Source of the DNA: Candidatus Bathyarchaeota archaeon
GTDB taxonomy: Archaea > Thermoproteota > Bathyarchaeia > Bathyarchaeales > Bathycorpusculaceae
Assembly: GCA_963775895.1 (NCBI GenBank)
Contig: CAVZKL010000022.1
Coordinates: forward strand, 1-64,000
Direction of reading: 5' to 3'
Length of the DNA stretch: 64,000 nucleotides
The position numbers and the translations under genes were made by a program. Under the pieces are notes generated by a model. That model was given only the letters and a program-made list of their open reading frames with translations. It was not told where the DNA came from and searched no databases. Positions 53,183-61,628 of the stretch are shown one piece after another. Position 1 is the first letter of the stretch. Each line of letters starts with the position of its first letter.

Positions 53183-53762
53183 GTGAAGTTGAGGAAAGCT
53201 CTGAAGATAGCTGCTGTAGCTGCGGTGCTGTGTTTGGCGTTGGGCGTCGTTGCCTTCGTGTACGCGAGTTCGCAGGATGCTTTGAGCGCTAGTGCTGATG
53301 GACAGACGGGCGTGGAGAACGTGCAGGGTTTCTTGGCTTGGCATAACTTTACGCTGTCGGACAACGCTTCATCGCCGTGTACTTTTGGGCGTATGCCGCG
53401 CGGACGGGGAGATGATTTTGGAGGCTTCTATGGGTTCTTGGAGAACGCCACGCTTTCGTCGGTTGCAGGGAACGGTGGTTTCAGAGGTTAGGAGCATGCT
53501 GATCTTGGACACTGATTCGAGTCAGGTCAGGGTTTTGCTTCCTAAGGACTGGACATTGGGCAATGATGTCGTGAGTAGCGCTGCTTTGTTCAACGGAACG
53601 TTTGCGAGTGCGGGGCAGAGTGTGACGCTTAAGGTGTTGGAGAGCGAGGTTTTTAGCAACTCGAACTTCAGCATCAGCGTCATGATGGGTTACGAAGCGA
53701 TCAACGCGACGGGTGCGCAGGCTTACGCTGTGTTGCCGTTCAACATAACGCCGAGCAGCTAA
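53183..53762 (+). CDS. Secreted/surface hypothetical protein, frameshift near 53462
   Basis: Signal peptide in 53183..53491 continues into the beta-rich ORF ending at 53762; several NxT/S sequons. Confidence 0.7.
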
Positions 53763-53819
53763 ATCCCTCTCCTTTTTTTTGTATCGTGTTGCAGGGTTTG
53801 GCGTTTATCGGGGTGTTGT

Positions 53820-54141
53820 TTAGTCTTCTTTGGTGAGTTGTGCGACTTTGTTTTCGAGGTCTTCGAGTTCGGTGTTGATTTCTGTTTCGTCGTAGGTTTT
53901 GCTTATGCCGTTGATGACTTGGCTGATGTAGGCTGCTAGGCGGGTCCAGTCTTGTTTGGTCTGGGTTTCTGTTGGGTGGGTGTCGTGGGCTTTTTGTTGT
54001 GCCATCTCTGCCAGTGTTTTCAGTTGGAGGATGAGTTCGAAGCGGATTTTCTGGGTGTCGAGGGTGAATTTGTCGGCGATTGACGTGATTCTTTTGTGCA
54101 CGGTGGCTGGTGAAAGGTTTATTCGCTGTTTTTTCAGCCAT
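53820..54141 (-). CDS. Small helical hypothetical protein; start uncertain or frameshifted
   Basis: DTQKIRFELILQL...WTRLAAYISQVINGI...ELEDLE. A GGAGG SD precedes the ATG at 54141, which is one frame off. Confidence 0.6.
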
Positions 54142-54417
54142 TGTGTACCTCCCCTCCTCGGTTTCAATGTATCATGAATATTAGGATCCAAATATGCTCC
54201 TCTTCCAAAGCTTTGTCTATGCTGGTGTGCGCTGGCGATGATTTGTTCGGAGCGGTACTCTCAGTGGGCCGTCGGCTAGAGTGCGCTTGTTCTGTTTGAG
54301 CGGCTGTGTTCACTTTTCAGAACAGGGTGTTCTAATGACTAGAACTAAATCTTGCGTAGAATGTGCGTTAAGTGATTGGGCACGTCAGCGCGATTGATCG
54401 ATGTGAGTTGATGTCTC

Positions 54418-55011
54418 ATGGAAGGGTTGGGTCGTGGAGCGAGTCTTCGAGGAATATCCTTCCATGGACGAGTTAGAGTTGTTGTTGGTTGTGTGTTGGC
54501 GTTTATTGCCCTTGTCCTGCCGTTCTATAATGTTGAGGTGTTTAATCGCGGCTTGGATGGTTCGTGGAGCGCAAGTGATTACTCAGCTTATTATTGGTCT
54601 TTTAAGTCTTCGGCGATGACGTATCATTCGCTCGAGACCTTTATCAGCAGATTTGGGCTTGATCATCCTTTCTACACTTCATGGAAAAATGATGTGACAG
54701 AGGCTTTCAGCTACCCGAGTGTTTACTTCAGTGATTACTGGTTTGATTCCAGATTGAACGTGAAAGGTCTCTCGGAGTTGCTCATAGTGCTGTTTGCTAT
54801 GCAACTTTTGGTTCTGGCAGTAGGATTGGCCTCTCTTTTCATTCATGGACGGTTCATCAAACTTGCGACAGCGTTGTTGGGCGCAGCAGTCATCATCATC
54901 ATGCTCCAGTTAAACACGCTCTACTCAAGCATGAACAATCTCCTTTCCGTACATTTTATTCATTACGACTGGGTTTCTGGTTTGCAGTCTTGGCCGAAGT
55001 CGCTTTCTTGA
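54418..55011 (+). CDS. Membrane hypothetical protein; C-terminus probably frameshifted
   Basis: Three or more hydrophobic helices. Confidence 0.6.
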   Translation: MEGLGRGASLRGISFHGRVRVVVGCVLAFIALVLPFYNVEVFNRGLDGSWSASDYSAYYWSFKSSAMTYHSLETFISRFGLDHPFYTSWKNDVTEAFSYPSVYFSDYWFDSRLNVKGLSELLIVLFAMQLLVLAVGLASLFIHGRFIKLATALLGAAVIIIMLQLNTLYSSMNNLLSVHFIHYDWVSGLQSWPKSLS

Positions 55012-55144
55012 CAAGTTTGGTTAGGAACCTGAGTCCAACGCAGGCGGCGGAATGTACTATTCGCACAAGGTTTCCATAATTCTTTTATAATTTTTGTTCA
55101 CCAATTGTCTTGTGCGCATTAATTGTGTGTGCTGGTGTGTGTGA

Positions 55145-56695
55145 GTGAAAATGAGCAGAATGATCAGGGGAATAGTGTTGGGTTTTCTTATTGAACTGGT
55201 GGTATTTTCGGTTGCGTCTGTGGGTTTTGCACAGATGCGGCCGCTTCAGAGTGCAACTTTTCCTGCTGGCACTTACGTTGTTCCCATGGATGAAAAGCAG
55301 AACGCGCTGAAGCCGGGAGATGTCACGGTGTTTGGCTTCATCTGGGCGATTCTAAACGAGGGCGCCGACATATACAGAGTTATTGAACCCCCTGACGTCA
55401 CGCTTAACACGACGACTAATCCGGGTGGTGCTGTTTATTCTGGAGGAGTGATTCTCGTCAGCGCGTCCTACGGTGCAATCATTATGGCACAGAAGGTCAA
55501 CTTTTCAACGGTTGTGGTTGATACATTAACGGAAGCGTTCACTTCCAATAAAGTCTTGTTCGTCGATAGACCGACGAGAATCCTGGTTATCCGAGGATTC
55601 GAGGAGTTTGGCCACACGGAGATCACTTTGGACTGGATGAGAATCCCTTACACCATCAAGAATGCAAGTGATGTTCAAGGCGATCCTGCTATGCTGCTTG
55701 ATTATGATCTCGTCGTTGATGACTGCGAGGGATTTAATGGATATGTGATGAATGATGTGGCTAGTAACATGACGGCGCTGGCAAGCAACGGTGGCGAACT
55801 CGTTTTCACCGACATCGCACTTAAGGACTTGGCAGATGCGTTCCCAGGCTACGTCCACGTCGTTTACGGCAACGTTGATAACTGGACTGACAACGTTAAC
55901 ATTTACAATCCGCCGATCAACTTTTCAGCAGAATATCCAAGCCAGTATTCTGCTACGTTCCCTTCAAAGATAAAAATCCACGCGATGGGCGGAATGTACG
56001 TGGTTGACAACGTTACAAGACCTGCTGACGTAAGAGTACTCATGGACACGTCCGTTTTCAACTACAGTTACACTCCTCCTGCTCCTTCTCATTACGCTGT
56101 CTTGGGCTTCTACTTCCCATACGGAAATGGGCTTGTGGAAGGCTTTGCCTATCACCCCTTCGAGCAGACCGAAAACCTCACCGGCGATCCCAACTCCTAC
56201 TTGTGCGCTGCCATCCTTTACGGAAACAAATTCGTCACGGCCGTTCCTCAACCAAGCCTGTACTCCTCAGATGCCTCGGGAAACGAGAAAAACTCGTTCG
56301 ACACGTCAGAAACTGTTTACGCAACAGTCAAGGCAACGGGCCAAGATGTAAGGCTGTACGTGGTAAAGGACCAAACCACATGGACTACCGGGGATAACCT
56401 CACAGATGTTTCGAGCGACGGATTCCTAGAAATAACCCTAAACGACAACGGAACCCAAACTGAAGCATTGTGGAACCCACCATTGACGGCTGGGAATTAC
56501 GACATCGTTGAAGATGTCAACCGCAACGGCAAGTATGACGCGGGAATAGACGCGGTGGATTCAGTAACTCTGGTAGGCTTCACGGCGATCCCTGAATTTT
56601 CCTTCGTCACCGCAATGACAGCCTTCATCATCATGACCGCCGGTTTAGTAGGATTCCGAAAATCCAAACGCTTCAGAAAGTCACCGCTGAGATAA
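55145..56695 (+). CDS. Secreted surface protein with a PEF-CTERM-like sorting signal
   Basis: Signal peptide; C-terminal IPEF followed by a TM helix and RKSKRFRK. Confidence 0.85.
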   Translation: MKMSRMIRGIVLGFLIELVVFSVASVGFAQMRPLQSATFPAGTYVVPMDEKQNALKPGDVTVFGFIWAILNEGADIYRVIEPPDVTLNTTTNPGGAVYSGGVILVSASYGAIIMAQKVNFSTVVVDTLTEAFTSNKVLFVDRPTRILVIRGFEEFGHTEITLDWMRIPYTIKNASDVQGDPAMLLDYDLVVDDCEGFNGYVMNDVASNMTALASNGGELVFTDIALKDLADAFPGYVHVVYGNVDNWTDNVNIYNPPINFSAEYPSQYSATFPSKIKIHAMGGMYVVDNVTRPADVRVLMDTSVFNYSYTPPAPSHYAVLGFYFPYGNGLVEGFAYHPFEQTENLTGDPNSYLCAAILYGNKFVTAVPQPSLYSSDASGNEKNSFDTSETVYATVKATGQDVRLYVVKDQTTWTTGDNLTDVSSDGFLEITLNDNGTQTEALWNPPLTAGNYDIVEDVNRNGKYDAGIDAVDSVTLVGFTAIPEFSFVTAMTAFIIMTAGLVGFRKSKRFRKSPLR

Positions 56696-57019
56696 ACGGA
56701 AGAGCAGTAATCTTCTCGGGGCAGGGGCTCTAGGTGTTGTTCGCTTCATAGGGTATGGTTTTTGTATCCGCATTTTGCTTGGCAATCACATGTACGATAC
56801 TTCTAGGCATCTTGATCTCACGAAAAAAGTGACTTGTTAGCGCCATTTTCTGTAATATAGTATGAGGAAGGCAGAAGCCTTTTCTGTTTTTGAGTTCTAA
56901 ACAACTAGCGCGTGCTATGCGTGTGGAGAAAGCTGAAGAAAACCTAATCAAAGAAGGTTTAGATACTTGGGGTTACATATTAAGCGTTAGGAATTGTCTG
57001 CAATTCCTACGTGAAATGA

Positions 57020-57256
57020 ATGTCGCCTCCAGATGTTTTGATTGAGATCAATCGGCCTGGACAAATCTTTGAACGATTTAGAGTTCATATCGTAAAGAAA
57101 AGAAATGTAGAGCCAGAATACTTTAAGGTAGTTCCAAAGATGCACCCTGCGTTAGCTATTAAACAGGTGAATGTTGGACTTAAAGTGAAAGATGAAGAAG
57201 TTATTCAGTTTCTTAAAAGTTACTACGGAACAGATATCTTGATAAGAACTCTCTAG
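57020..57256 (+). CDS. 78-aa hypothetical protein
   Basis: ATG start; its TAG stop begins a TAGCGCGCGCC motif. Confidence 0.55.
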   Translation: MSPPDVLIEINRPGQIFERFRVHIVKKRNVEPEYFKVVPKMHPALAIKQVNVGLKVKDEEVIQFLKSYYGTDILIRTL

Positions 57257-57308
57257 CGCGCGCCTTACGGAACCGCGAGCGCGATGGGGAGCTGTGGTAC
57301 AATAGGCA

Positions 57309-57380
57309 TCATTTCTGCTTCATTGCTTCTTTCTTCTTTTTTTCTTCTTTCATCCTTTCTTTCTTTCTTTTAGTTGTCAT
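57309..57380 (-). CDS. 23-aa charged, Lys-rich micropeptide MTTKRKKERMKEEKKKKEAMKQK
   Basis: Hand translation; AT-rich TATA-like sequence about 25 nt upstream. Confidence 0.45.
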   Translation of the reverse strand: MTTKRKKERMKEEKKKKEAMKQK

Positions 57381-57612
57381 CGCATCGCGTTCTATTTACC
57401 ATATATCTCTAACAATTTCGTAGACTTGTTGTAAAGAATGTCTATTTCTATGTTTCCTTGCTAATTTTCCTATTTCACGCGCCCTTACGGAACCCGCGCG
57501 CGTCTTGTGGAAAAAGAAGCGGAAGAAGAGGTAGCCCATTGTTTGGGTTTGGGATAAAACTTTACCCCACGCACTGCAAAAGAAGCCTACGTTGCGCTCC
57601 TTGGAGGTCATC

Positions 57613-57822
57613 CTACGATTTTGGTTTTTTTCGCCTGAAACTGTCAATCAGCCGAGTGGCTCTCAATGACAAAACAAGAACTATGAGCAGTAGCAAGATG
57701 ACAGCAACTAGTGGCCAATCCTGAAAAATGTAGAAGACAACTAATGCGACTATCAAGGTAGTCAAGACTGCTGCCACAAGAGAAAGATGGAGACCATGCG
57801 CACGCACTCCACTGAGCCTCAC
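57613..57822 (-). CDS. Small two-TM protein
   Basis: Two hydrophobic helices and a basic tail. Confidence 0.55.
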   Translation of the reverse strand: MRLSGVRAHGLHLSLVAAVLTTLIVALVVFYIFQDWPLVAVILLLLIVLVLSLRATRLIDSFRRKKPKS

Positions 57823-57882
57823 TTTTGTGACTTGTCAACATCGACTATTGAATTTGTTTCTTGAGGTCTTGAAGCATCTGTT

Positions 57883-58461
57883 CTATGTTTTCGAGGCGGC
57901 CAGTCTATTTGTGACTTTGTTTCTTTCATCTTTCAGCGCTTTCAGCACTTCAGTATATTCAGTTTCCGGGCGATTCTTCATTGCATCACTGTATTGGTTC
58001 ATTTTTAGACGCAAAACATTTCTTATGATAATCATCTTGGAGGAATATTGTTCTGGCGTAATTCTATTAAGCAAACTTTCTAGGTCGGTGATGACCTGTT
58101 CGAGTGCGATCAGCCTGTAAAGATTCATAATGAGATCAACCACCTTATCCAGGCGCAATTTGTGTAGTTTTTGAGCCTTTTGTTCTATGTCAAGCTTTCC
58201 TAATTCTAGGTCTAGTTTTGGAATAATCAATGAATAAACGACCTGTTGAGCCCCCTTCTTTGTTCTTTTAACAAACTTGCCTTCGAGTCCATCCAGATGT
58301 CGTTGCAACCGGGGAGCTGAATACTTTGGATCAATTGTCTTTCGGCATAGTCTTAGCAAGGCATTGAAACGGATGGATGAATACTCCGGCTGAATAACAA
58401 GAAAGAAGATCTTGCTGCAATCTTCGCAAGTCTCTATTCCATGAACTGTCTTCTTGACCAT
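57883..58461 (-). CDS. Winged-helix domain protein
   Basis: IRFNALLR...SAPRLQRHLDGL...VKRTKKGAQQVVYSL, followed by a helical C-terminus. Confidence 0.65.
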   Translation of the reverse strand: MVKKTVHGIETCEDCSKIFFLVIQPEYSSIRFNALLRLCRKTIDPKYSAPRLQRHLDGLEGKFVKRTKKGAQQVVYSLIIPKLDLELGKLDIEQKAQKLHKLRLDKVVDLIMNLYRLIALEQVITDLESLLNRITPEQYSSKMIIIRNVLRLKMNQYSDAMKNRPETEYTEVLKALKDERNKVTNRLAASKT

Positions 58462-58629
58462 TGAAGCACCACTAACTTATGCGTACTAGTACGAATACGT
58501 TAGTGTCTTATATAATTGTGCTACTATTCGATACACCGACTAGTATGATACCAGAATAGCGTGCGCGATCCTTGTTCCAGAACATTAGGATTCTATCAGC
58601 ATTTTCTAAAACAAGAGAAATCGCATGTG

Positions 58630-58866
58630 TTATTGCTCGCGGGCTTGTTTGTATCCGCATTCTGGGCAAAAACGTGATGAGTTTGGAATTCTGTTGTTGC
58701 AGTTGGGGCAGATTCTTAATATCAGTTTGGTTCGTAGCAATGTCCCGCAGAAATTACAGTATGTTGAAACTGAGGGAACTTGTCTGCTACAACTTGGGCA
58801 GGTCAAGTATTGCCCAGGCAAAGGAAGGGGAATCAGAACCCAAGCTCCGACATTCAATTCGTTCAC
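58630..58866 (-). CDS. Double zinc-ribbon protein
   Basis: CPSC...CNFC...CPNC...CPEC. Confidence 0.75.
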   Translation of the reverse strand: MNELNVGAWVLIPLPLPGQYLTCPSCSRQVPSVSTYCNFCGTLLRTKLILRICPNCNNRIPNSSRFCPECGYKQAREQ

Positions 58867-59014
58867 TTCGATTTAATAGAGAACGTGCTGTCTCTTTTCT
58901 CTTCTCATTTGTTTCAGTGTCTTCTCTCAATGAAAGCGTACATTAGAATTCTGTCTCAGACGCTTTCTAATAACAGTCGCTCATGGTGCGGCGCTATACC
59001 AAACCAAGCACGTG

Positions 59015-59287
59015 TTAGACTGGCTTCATAGATGACTCCTTCGGTTTGGCCATCAGTTCCTTTGGTATATCAACTGTCCTGACAACATTCTGAGAGTTAA
59101 TAAGATAAAGGGGCGTTCCGTCAGGATTGTGCTTTTTTAATCTCTTAATGCCGACAAGAATCAACTTAACCTTGAGTGTCGTGCCATCTTTGAGCTTATA
59201 GATATTCCAGTGTTCTTCTTTTTCCTCAAAGTCAATGTCGTCACTCTGTGCTAGGTCCTCTGGCGTTATCGGACTTGGCGTAGCCAT
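59015..59287 (-). CDS. 90-aa hypothetical protein
   Basis: ATG start with a GGAGATGTGA SD-like sequence; EHWNIYKLKDGTTLKVK...PDGTPLY. Confidence 0.7.
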   Translation of the reverse strand: MATPSPITPEDLAQSDDIDFEEKEEHWNIYKLKDGTTLKVKLILVGIKRLKKHNPDGTPLYLINSQNVVRTVDIPKELMAKPKESSMKPV

Positions 59288-59505
59288 TGCTTCATCACAT
59301 CTCCAAACAGCAGAATAACTAGCTCACTTTAATAGCTTTCATGAAAGGTCGACTGGACTTAGGAGTCGTCATGCATGGCATTTTTCTATCCAAAAGATAA
59401 ATCCAGCAGCGCTTTTTGCTTTCTGTTCAAACACTTATGGTGGGCTGCGCACGCGTTTCCACGTTCATGTAATGGATTTCGACTACCACGACAATCTTGA
59501 TCCTA

Positions 59506-59580
59506 TCATTCCTCTTCTTCCCAGTCTTCCTCTTCCTCTCCTTCTTCCTCTTCTTCTTCCCAGTCTTCCTCAAACACCAT
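59506..59580 (-). CDS. 24-aa acidic micropeptide MVFEEDWEEEEEEGEEEEDWEEEE
   Basis: Hand translation; strong GGGGGTGA SD just upstream; mixed GAA/GAG codons. Confidence 0.6.
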   Translation of the reverse strand: MVFEEDWEEEEEEGEEEEDWEEEE

Positions 59581-60404
59581 TCGCTTTCACCCCCGTCACA
59601 TATGGATTAGATAGATTGATAATGCTCATGAAATCTTGAAAGTTATCATTCATTGATTGTCGAGAGAACGCATGTGTGCTATTTAAATCTTACGACTCAC
59701 TACACTGCGTTGGGTTTGGGCACAAAACTTTACCCTTTTTCTCTTCTTTCAGTTGCTCTGCAAGCTCACTGTGAGCCTACTTTAGAAGATGGTGTTGTGG
59801 CGCCTCAGAATCAATTTAATGTCAAATCATCTTGGGAAAAAAGAACCAAACTTAAATCCCTTCATACTGACGTGATATCATCATAGGCGCCATGATTATT
59901 TCGACTTTCACCAGCTAAGCCTATGAGAAACCGTTGAGTTAAAGCTCGCTATCGCGCGCGCTTGTGGAGACGCAAAACCTAGCATGCTAGACTTTTTAAG
60001 TATGCAGAACAAAAATATGTCAAGGTGCGCGCTAGACCTCAATGATTGAATGGCATCTAGGACAATTCCTAGGATTTCCTTCTGTCTTAAACTCCAGCCC
60101 ACAGTTCTTACATCTGCAGTTCTTTGCTCTACCATATTTTCTGTATCTTTCACTCATTCTTTTTCCTTCTTAGCGCGCGCGTTGAATTAGGTGGTCAATA
60201 ACGAATGCAAGTTCCTTGTTTTCTTCGGTTACCATATCAGAATATCAGACTAGTTGACACAATCTCTTTAACCTTTTCAAGGTTTGTCTGAGTAAACGTT
60301 GCCGTCGAAGAATTTGACCAATATCCAAAAAACAAGAAAAAGCACGCGCTACTAACCTATCAGACCTATAAGAAACAATGAACATAGATAGACTCGGTAA
60401 GAAG

Positions 60405-60464
60405 ATGCCAAAGAAAAGAGCACACGCAGGACTCAAGAAGAAGAAGAAACGTCAAGAAGCATAA
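60405..60464 (+). CDS. 19-aa basic micropeptide MPKKRAHAGLKKKKKRQEA; alternative start at 60378
   Basis: Hand translation; CTATAAG TATA-like box at about 60366. Confidence 0.45.
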   Translation: MPKKRAHAGLKKKKKRQEA

Positions 60465-60884
60465 TCAACGCGCGTTTTGAATCAGAACACGTGTTCACAA
60501 AAAAGTCTTTTCGTAGATGTGGCGCTCGCTTCTTCACAAAACAAGGATGAGGAATGTGTCATTAAGTTGGATAGGGGAACATTAGATTTATTAGTGGTAC
60601 TGTCAGAGCATGCCACTAAAATATTACGCATCAACAGTATTCATGATAACATTCTATGAGCATTTTTCAAAACACGGAAAACCCCATATACTATCTATAG
60701 GGGAAAATCCCTGTTTTGACTTGTGGGACAGGACTGTTCAAGCTTTGAAAGTTATAAAACCATCAATCTAGGAGCGCGTCTGAGCAGGTTAAGGAAAGTA
60801 GAAATCCAACTTCAACCGTTTGTTCTATGTGTTTAAGACTGCCGAAGCTCGCGCTAGACAGCGAATCATCCTGGTGGATCAGGC

Positions 60885-61571
60885 ATGGAAATCAAATTCA
60901 TAATGCTTGTCGGCACATTTTTTATTGTTCTAGGAATGTTTAACGCAGACTTGGTTTATGCCGACTTTGGAGTCCATGTCAGCGACCAGTTCTTATATTC
61001 GATGGAATCATCTTGGTACACGAACACTGGTGTTTCACCACCATCCGACCTTGCAAAATCTCTTGATCTCGCGGTAATGAATTATACGATATATGGAATC
61101 TCGGGACCGCGGATTAGTGTCAATCGAACATACTCTTACAAGAATGGAACATTTTGGAGCGAAACTTTTTCGGGCGATTATGGCGGCGGGGATTTTCTAC
61201 CAACGAATCTTAATGCGGGTGACGCCATACCAGAAGCAAATGGTTGGATGATAAACGGAACAATCACGCGGGCTTATGGAAACGCAAATCGATTGACAAA
61301 TTACGTCAATGTAAACATCACACTTTGGGAACAGTTTCCGAACGCGAACTTTACAGAGTATTGGGACAAGGTCACTGGGGCGATGGTGGAAAGACGCATT
61401 TCTTATTTCAACGAATCTGGCGCTAATACCACAGATTTTGATGTTTTGATTAAGATCAAATATGCCAGTTTATGGACGGTGCCCGAGTTTCCATCATTTC
61501 TTATTCCGTCACTCTTCATGATAACAATGCTAGCTGCGATCATAGTCTACAGAAGAAGACGTCTGACCTGA
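60885..61571 (+). CDS. Secreted protein with a PEF-CTERM-like signal
   Basis: Signal peptide, YWDKVTG, and C-terminal VPEF followed by a TM helix and RRRR. Confidence 0.85.
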   Translation: MEIKFIMLVGTFFIVLGMFNADLVYADFGVHVSDQFLYSMESSWYTNTGVSPPSDLAKSLDLAVMNYTIYGISGPRISVNRTYSYKNGTFWSETFSGDYGGGDFLPTNLNAGDAIPEANGWMINGTITRAYGNANRLTNYVNVNITLWEQFPNANFTEYWDKVTGAMVERRISYFNESGANTTDFDVLIKIKYASLWTVPEFPSFLIPSLFMITMLAAIIVYRRRRLT

Positions 61572-61628
61572 ACTCCATAGAACCTCTTATGTGGTTTTCA
61601 GAACAGAAAAAGAAAAAAAGGAAACTCT

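Noticed and set aside
60486-60497. GAAC-N4-GTTC as a LexA (Cheo) box
   Set aside because: It is a single occurrence in an archaeal context, with no lexA in the window and none seen at the NHEJ operon.
56890-60860. CRISPR array or classical integron attC array
   Set aside because: There are no regularly spaced identical repeats and no cas genes. I saw no RYYYAAC...GTTRRRY hairpins and no recognisable IntI-specific insertion in the integrase.
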